From a virus (Duplodnaviria; Heunggongvirae; Uroviricota; Caudoviricetes), in the IMG/VR virus record IMGVR_UViG_646206259_000004: a stretch of 45,219 bases of DNA, one strand, 5' to 3'. Below the pieces are notes generated by a model, which searched no databases, was not told the origin of the DNA, and saw nothing but the letters and a program-made list of their open reading frames with translations. Each line of letters starts with the position of its first letter. The stretch's first letter is position 1. The position numbers and the translations under genes were made by a program. Below are positions 39,430 to 45,219 of the stretch, in pieces.

Positions 39430-40029
39430 ATGCGTAAAGTTTGTGCAGTCATTTTGTCCGCAGCCATCTGTCTGTCCGTATCCGGTGCGCCTGCATGGGC
39501 GTCTGAACATCAGTCCACACTGAGCGCGGGGTATCTTCATGCCCGTACGAACGCTCCCGGCAGCGATAATCTGAACGGGATTAACGTGAAATACCGTTAT
39601 GAGTTTACGGACGCGCTGGGGCTGATTACGTCCTTCAGTTATGCCAATGCTGAGGATGAGCAAAAAACGCACTACAGCGATACCCGCTGGCATGAAGATT
39701 CCGTGCGTAACCGCTGGTTCAGCGTGATGGCGGGGCCGTCTGTACGCGTGAATGAATGGTTCAGCGCGTATTCGATGGCGGGTGTGGCTTACAGCCGTGT
39801 GTCGACTTTCTCCGGGGATTATCTCCGCGTAACTGACAACAAGGGGAAAACGCACGATGTGCTGACCGGAAGTGATGACGGTCGCCACAGCAACACGTCT
39901 CTGGCGTGGGGGGCTGGCGTGCAGTTTAACCCGACCGAATCCGTGACCATTGACCTTGCTTATGAAGGTTCCGGTAGTGGCGACTGGCGAACGGATGCAT
40001 TTATTGTTGGTATCGGATACCGTTTCTGA
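39430..40029 (+). CDS. lom: Lom outer-membrane protein (Ail/Lom family)
   Basis: 199 aa with signal peptide; GINVKYRYE.TD, SVMAGP, AYEGSGSGDWRTD.FIVG.GY.F motifs as in lambda Lom. Confidence 0.9.
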   Translation: MRKVCAVILSAAICLSVSGAPAWASEHQSTLSAGYLHARTNAPGSDNLNGINVKYRYEFTDALGLITSFSYANAEDEQKTHYSDTRWHEDSVRNRWFSVMAGPSVRVNEWFSAYSMAGVAYSRVSTFSGDYLRVTDNKGKTHDVLTGSDDGRHSNTSLAWGAGVQFNPTESVTIDLAYEGSGSGDWRTDAFIVGIGYRF

Positions 40030-40180
40030 CAACAGACGCCGATTTATCTTCTGTAAATATTGTTATGATACGCAGGTTCATCCACTTTATGGGGTGAACT
40101 GCGTTTGAGGAAACGTAAAGTTACACTGTCCTGAAGCCCGTGGCGTCACTGCTGCGGGCTTTTTTTATTGGTGGAAAAGT

Positions 40181-43100
40181 ATGACAGTAAAAATTTCTGG
40201 CGTGCTTAAAGATGGCACAGGAAAACCAGTACAGAACTGCACCATTGTGCTGAAGGCCAGACGAACCAGCAGCACGGTGGTGGTGAACACGGTGGCCTCT
40301 GAAAATCCGGATGAAGCCGGACGTTACAGCATGGATGTTGAGCATGGTCAGTACAGCGTCACCCTGCTGGTTGAAGGTTTTCCGCCTTCACATGCCGGGA
40401 CCATTACCGTCTATGAAGGTTCCAGACCAGGTACGCTGAATGATTTTCTCGGTGCCATGACGGAGGATGATGTCCGACCGGAGGCACTGCGCCGCTTTGA
40501 GCAGATGGTGGAAGAGGTGTCACGTAACGCCTCCGCGGTTGCACAGAATACGGCAGCCGCGAAAAAATCAGCCAGCGATGCCAGTGCATCAGCCAGCGAG
40601 GCGGCAACTCATGCAACCGATGCTGCAGCCTCAGCACGTGCCGCCAGCACGTGCCGCCAGCACGTCAGCCGGACAGGCCGCGTCGTCGGCTCAGTCAGCG
40701 TCTTCCAGCGCAGGAACGGCATCGACAAAGGCCCGTGAAGCAGCAAAAAGTGCTGCTGCTGCAGAGTCATCAAAAAGCGCGGCAGCTACCAGCGCCAGTG
40801 CCGCGAAAACGTCAGAAACGAATGCCGCAGCGTCACAACAATCAGCAGCCACTTCTGCATCCACCGCGACCACGAAAGCGTCAGAAGCAGCCACTTCAGC
40901 ACGGGATGCGTCGGCTTCAAAAGAGGCGGCAAAATCATCAGAAACGAACGCAGCCTCGAGCGCCAGCAGCGCAGCTTCCTCGGCAACGGCGGCAGCAAAT
41001 TCTGCGAAGGCGGCAAAAACGTCCGAGACGAACGCCAGGTCTTCTGAAACGGCAGCGGGACAGAGCGCCTCAGCTGCGGCAGACTCAAAAACAGCGGCTG
41101 CATTATCTGCCAGTGCCGCGTCAACAAGTGCCGGGCAGGCCTCAGCCAGTGCCACCGCCGCCGGAAAATCGGCAGAAAGTGCTGCATCGTCTGCTTCAAC
41201 AGCCACAACGAAGGCTGGCGAAGCCGCTGTACAGGCCAGCGCAGCAGCGAGGTCTGCTTCCGCAGCGAAGACATCCAAGACGAACGCGAAAGCGTCGGAA
41301 ACCAGCGCAGAATCCTCAAAAACGGCTGCCGCATCGTCCGCCAGTTCGGCGGCGTCATCGGCATCATCTGCGTCTGCTTCAAAAGATGAGGCGACCAGAC
41401 AGGCGTCAGCAGCAAAGGGCAGCGCCACGACGGCATCCACGAAGGCGACAGAGGCAGCTGGCAGTGCGACGGCGGCAGCTCAGAGCAAAAGTACGGCGGA
41501 ATCCGCGGCAACGCGCGCTGAGACAGCGGCAAAACGGGCAGAGGATATTGCATCCGCCGTGGCGCTTGAGGATGCGAGCACGACGAAAAAGGGGATAGTA
41601 CAGCTCAGCAGTGCGACTAACAGCACTTCCGAGTCACTGGCGGCAACGCCAAAAGCCGTTAAGGCCGCGTATGAGCTGGCTAACGGGAAATACACCGCAC
41701 AGGATGCAACGACAGCACAGAAAGGGATAGTTCAGCTTAGCAACGCGACCAACAGCACATCTGAAATGCTGGCGGCAACGCCAAAGTCGGTAAAGGCAGC
41801 CTATGACCTTGCTAACGGGAAATATACTGCTCAGGACGCTACGACAGCACAAAAAGGAATTGTCCAGCTCAGTAGTGCAACCAACAGCACATCTGAAATG
41901 CTGGCGGCAACGCCAAAGTCGGTAAAGGCAGCCTATGACCTTGCTAACGGGAAATATACTGCTCAGGACGCTACGACAGCACAAAAAGGAATTGTCCAGC
42001 TCAGTAGTGCAACCAACAGCGCATCTGAAACGCTTGCCGCGACACCGAAAGCAGTGAAAGCAGCTAATAATAATGCGAATGGTCGGGTACCTTCTGCCCG
42101 TAAGGTGAATGGTAAGGCGCTTTCAGCGGATATAACACTGACGCCGAAAGATATTGGTACGCTTAACTCAACAACAATGTCATTCAGCGGTGGTGCTGGT
42201 TGGTTCAAATTAGCAACGGTAACCATGCCACAGGCGAGTTCTGTTGTTTCAATTACGTTGATTGGTGGTGCGGGATTTAACGTGGGGTCACCTCAACAGG
42301 CAGGTATATCTGAACTTGTTTTGCGTGCAGGTAATGGTAATCCGAAGGGGATTACTGGTGCTTTATGGCAGCGCACATCGACAGGGTTTACAAATTTTGC
42401 CTGGGTCAATACATCTGGTGATACTTACGATATTTACGTTGCAATCGGAAATTATGCGACTGGTGTAAATATTCAATGGGATTATACCAGTAATGCCAGC
42501 GTGACGATTCATACGTCACCAGCATATTCTGCTAATAAGCCGGAAGGGTTAACGGACGGTACAGTTTATTCACTCTATACGCCATCAGAGCAGTTTTATC
42601 CGCCTGGCGCACCAATCCCGTGGCCATCAGATACCGTTCCGTCTGGCTATGCCCTGATGCAGGGGCAGACTTTTGACAAATCTGCATACCCGAAACTTGC
42701 AGCCGCTTATCCGTCAGGCGTGATCCCTGATATGCGTGGCTGGACGATTAAGGGCAAACCCGCCAGTGGTCGTGCCGTATTGTCTCAGGAACAGGACGGC
42801 ATTAAATCGCACACCCACAGCGCCAGCGCATCCAGTACGGATTTGGGGACGAAAAACACATCGTCGTTTGATTACGGAACCAAATCCACGAATAACACCG
42901 GGGCGCATACGCACAGTCTGAGTGGCTCTACGGGGTCTGCCGGTGATCATACTCATGGTAATGGTATTCGTTGGCCAGGAGGCGGCGGTTCTGCGTTAGC
43001 ATTTTATGATGGCGGTGGGTTCACTTATGTCCAGGATTCACAGTATCAAGTAAGCCCGGGGACTTCTTCCCGTAGATCGTATTATCAACGTATTCAGACA

Positions 43101-43301
43101 CAGTCAGCAGGTGCTCATACCCACTCGCTGTCTGGTACTGCAGCAAGTTCTGGCGCACATGCACATACTGTAGGTATTGGTGCGCATACGCACTCCGTTG
43201 CGATTGGTTCACATGGACACACCATCACCGTTAACGCTGCTGGTAACGCGGAAAACACCGTCAAAAACATCGCATTTAACTATATTGTGAGGCTTGCATA
43301 A
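40181..43301 (+). pseudogene. stf: Side tail fibre stf, split by a +1 frameshift caused by a 13-bp tandem duplication (40633-40658)
   Basis: N-terminus MTVKISGVLKDGTGKPVQNCTI.LKARR... and C-terminus ...[31 protein letters not shown] match lambda Stf; track ORFs 40181..40738 and 40467..43301 are in different frames; CAGCACGTGCCGC occurs twice in tandem and removing one copy restores a single frame. Confidence 0.8.
41577..42065 (+). repeat. In-frame 132-bp (44 aa) tandem repeats within stf, about 3.7 copies
   Basis: Repeated unit [44 protein letters not shown]; copies 2 and 3 nearly identical at the DNA level. Confidence 0.85.
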
Positions 43302-43885
43302 TGGCATTCAGAATGAGTGAACAAGCACGGACCATAAAAATTTATAATCTGCTGGCCGGAACTAATGAATTTATTGGTGAAGGTGACGCATATATTCCGC
43401 CTCATACAGGTCTGCCAGCAAACAGTACCGATATTGCACCACCAGATATTCCTGCTGGCTTTGTGGCTGTTTTCAACAGTGATGAGGCATCGTGGCATCT
43501 CGTTGAAGACCATCGGGGTAAAACGGTTTATGACGTAGCGTCAGGGGACGAGTTATTTATTTCTGAACTCGGTCCGTTACCGGAAAATGTTACCTGGTTA
43601 TCGCCGGAAGGGGAGTTTCAGAAGTGGAACGGCACAGCCTGGGTGAAGGATACGGAAGCAGAAAAAATGTTCCGGATCCGGGAGGCGGAAGAAACAAAAA
43701 ACAACCTGATGCAGGTAGCCAGTGAGCATATTGCGCCGCTTCAGGATGCTGCAGATCTGGAAATTGCAACGGAGGAAGAAACCTCATTGCTGGAAGCCTG
43801 GAAAAAGTATCGGGTGTTGCTGAACCGTGTTGATACATCAACTGCACCTGATATTGAGTGGCCTACGAACCCTGTCAGGGAGTAA
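43301..43885 (+). CDS. tfa: Tail fibre assembly protein Tfa
   Basis: 194 aa, near-identical in pattern to lambda Tfa ([82 protein letters not shown]...). Confidence 0.95.
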   Translation: MAFRMSEQARTIKIYNLLAGTNEFIGEGDAYIPPHTGLPANSTDIAPPDIPAGFVAVFNSDEASWHLVEDHRGKTVYDVASGDELFISELGPLPENVTWLSPEGEFQKWNGTAWVKDTEAEKMFRIREAEETKNNLMQVASEHIAPLQDAADLEIATEEETSLLEAWKKYRVLLNRVDTSTAPDIEWPTNPVRE

Positions 43886-43939
43886 TCATTGGGATTATGC
43901 CGCAGCACGTCTTAAGCAAGAACGTGCTGCGGTTGGATG

Positions 43940-44608
43940 CTATTTTTTCCCTGAAGCGGAAAACATTACTACAGTACCTTGAACCTTGGTTTTAACATTC
44001 TCGAAATGCTCTGAGAGTATATGTGTTAAGCCTTCTTCGGAATCTTTTGTGTTTGAAAAGATGCCTTTCTGATTGTAAATGCGCATCAGTTTTTGACCGA
44101 AGCTATTGTGCACAACTCCATCGCCAAGAATTGTGGCTCCGTATAGAGTTCCATCGTCAGTTAAGGCCTGCGCCGCATTGCGTATTACACAGCTTTTTGT
44201 AGATATATTTCCAGGCAGGCAGTGAAGAAGGTAAAACATGGAAATGGAATCAAATTGACCATGTAACGCCGCGGGATAAGGTTCAAAAACATCATGGCTA
44301 ATTTTATGTTTAATTTTTGATTCCCCAGCCCTTGTAGATGCCGCGTTCAGGCTAGCTTCGTTCAAATCCATTAAAGATATCAGACTACTCTCAGGTACGT
44401 GAGTAAGGTAAAACCCAGTTCCAACACCAATATCCAGATGGTTGTTACCTACATGTTCCAGAAAGTGTGGAAGAAGGTGTTCCTTTGTAGGACATCCCCA
44501 TGCAAGCCGATTTGATACTCCCAAAACCCACCAGTCATAAAGCTTTAGGGTAAGTGGTGTGTAAATTTTAGCCCCATCATCTGTGTTTTTTTTCATTGAT
44601 TTCACCAT
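43940..44608 (-). CDS. Class I SAM-dependent methyltransferase-like moron protein
   Basis: 222 aa, AT-rich, opposite strand; motif I-like LDIGVGTGFY, acidic post-I (LISLMDL) and motif II-like FDSISMFYLLH. Confidence 0.55.
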   Translation of the reverse strand: MVKSMKKNTDDGAKIYTPLTLKLYDWWVLGVSNRLAWGCPTKEHLLPHFLEHVGNNHLDIGVGTGFYLTHVPESSLISLMDLNEASLNAASTRAGESKIKHKISHDVFEPYPAALHGQFDSISMFYLLHCLPGNISTKSCVIRNAAQALTDDGTLYGATILGDGVVHNSFGQKLMRIYNQKGIFSNTKDSEEGLTHILSEHFENVKTKVQGTVVMFSASGKK

Positions 44609-44664
44609 GTTATAGTTTTATTTGTGAATTAAATCAATTATGGCGATGAATTACAAGGGGTTAA

Positions 44665-44934
44665 ATGCTGCCGCAGCATAGCGATATTGAAATAGCCTGG
44701 TATGCTTCGATACAGCAGGAGCCGAATGGCTGGAAGACCGTCACCACACAGTTCTACATCCAGGAATTCAGTGAGTATATTGCGCCACTGCAGGATGCTG
44801 TAGATCTGGAAATCGCAACGGAGGAAGAAAGATCGTTGCTGGAGGCATGGAATAAATATCGGGTATTGTTGAATCGTGTTGATACATCAACTGCACCTGA
44901 TATTGAGTGGCCTGCAAATCCTGTCAGGGAGTAA
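44665..44934 (+). CDS. Second Tfa-like ORF / tfa C-terminal duplicate with a different N-terminus
   Basis: 89 aa; C-terminal 55 aa (...[52 protein letters not shown]) near-identical to the Tfa C-terminus; N-terminal 35 aa unrelated. Confidence 0.6.
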   Translation: MLPQHSDIEIAWYASIQQEPNGWKTVTTQFYIQEFSEYIAPLQDAVDLEIATEEERSLLEAWNKYRVLLNRVDTSTAPDIEWPANPVRE

Positions 44935-45219
44935 TCATTGGGATTATGCCGCAGACACGTCGTATGCAGGAACGTGCTGCGGTTAGTTTGTGAGCTTTCG
45001 ATAGTGGTTGTTATTTTTGCCCTTATTTGTTCCGGAGGCCATGGTTCAATGGTCCGTCTGCCCCCTGTGGTGATGTCAGCAAAATCAGCCACTGCGCGAA
45101 CCACAATAGCCCGGGAAGATGCTGAAGATCACCAGGTAAAGCTATCAGCGCAGAAACTGGAAGAACTGCTCGCATCAATGGTTAAGGATGAGGTTGATCG
45201 CAATGATGGGATTTATTGA

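Noticed and set aside
40651-41598. Long ORFs in alternative frames and on the minus strand across the stf Ala/Ser-rich region (40651..41598 +, 40691..41440 -, 40786..41553 -, 41480..41984 -)
   Set aside because: Low-complexity GC-rich coding repeats keep several frames open; the translations are Arg/Pro/Gln-rich or Ala-rich nonsense, and the lambda Stf homologous frame explains the region.
41577-42065. CRISPR array
   Set aside because: The only regular direct repeats in the window are in-frame 132-bp coding repeats within stf with no unique spacers; no cas genes.

Overview
Near-complete lambdoid prophage of E. coli type (Qin/Stx-phage-like layout), read from the integrase end to the tail-fibre end. 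All identifications are from reading the translations and DNA by eye and from memory of lambda/Qin/DLP12 proteins; no searches were run. Order: int-xis; a large DEDDh-type exonuclease; the ydfD-dicB-DicF-ydfC-ydfB-ydfA cell-division-inhibition operon; a CI-like repressor with divergent cro-like and cII-like genes; a replication-initiator-like gene containing iteron-like repeats; an AT-rich two-gene cassette of unknown function (my best candidate for an undescribed accessory or defence system); a hok/mok type I toxin locus; DUF968, rusA and antiterminator Q with pR'/tR'-like signals; an orphan DNA methyltransferase; three tRNAs (anticodons CAU, UCG, UCU) followed by two tandem structured non-coding modules where Stx phages carry stx; S21-type pinholin, SAR endolysin and Rz; cos; lambda-like head and tail genes (Nu1, W, B, D, E, FI, FII, Z, U, V, G/G-T, H, I, J); lom; a frameshifted stf; tfa; and a SAM-methyltransferase-like moron flanked by duplicated tfa 3' ends. 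Six N-masked stretches (19681-20074, 21577-23116, 24767-25933, 31283-31892, 33325-34931, 36459-37996; about 6.9 kb) hide most of the terminase, head-assembly, tape-measure/tail-tip and central J sequence, so calls there are partial and reading frames across the masks do not line up.
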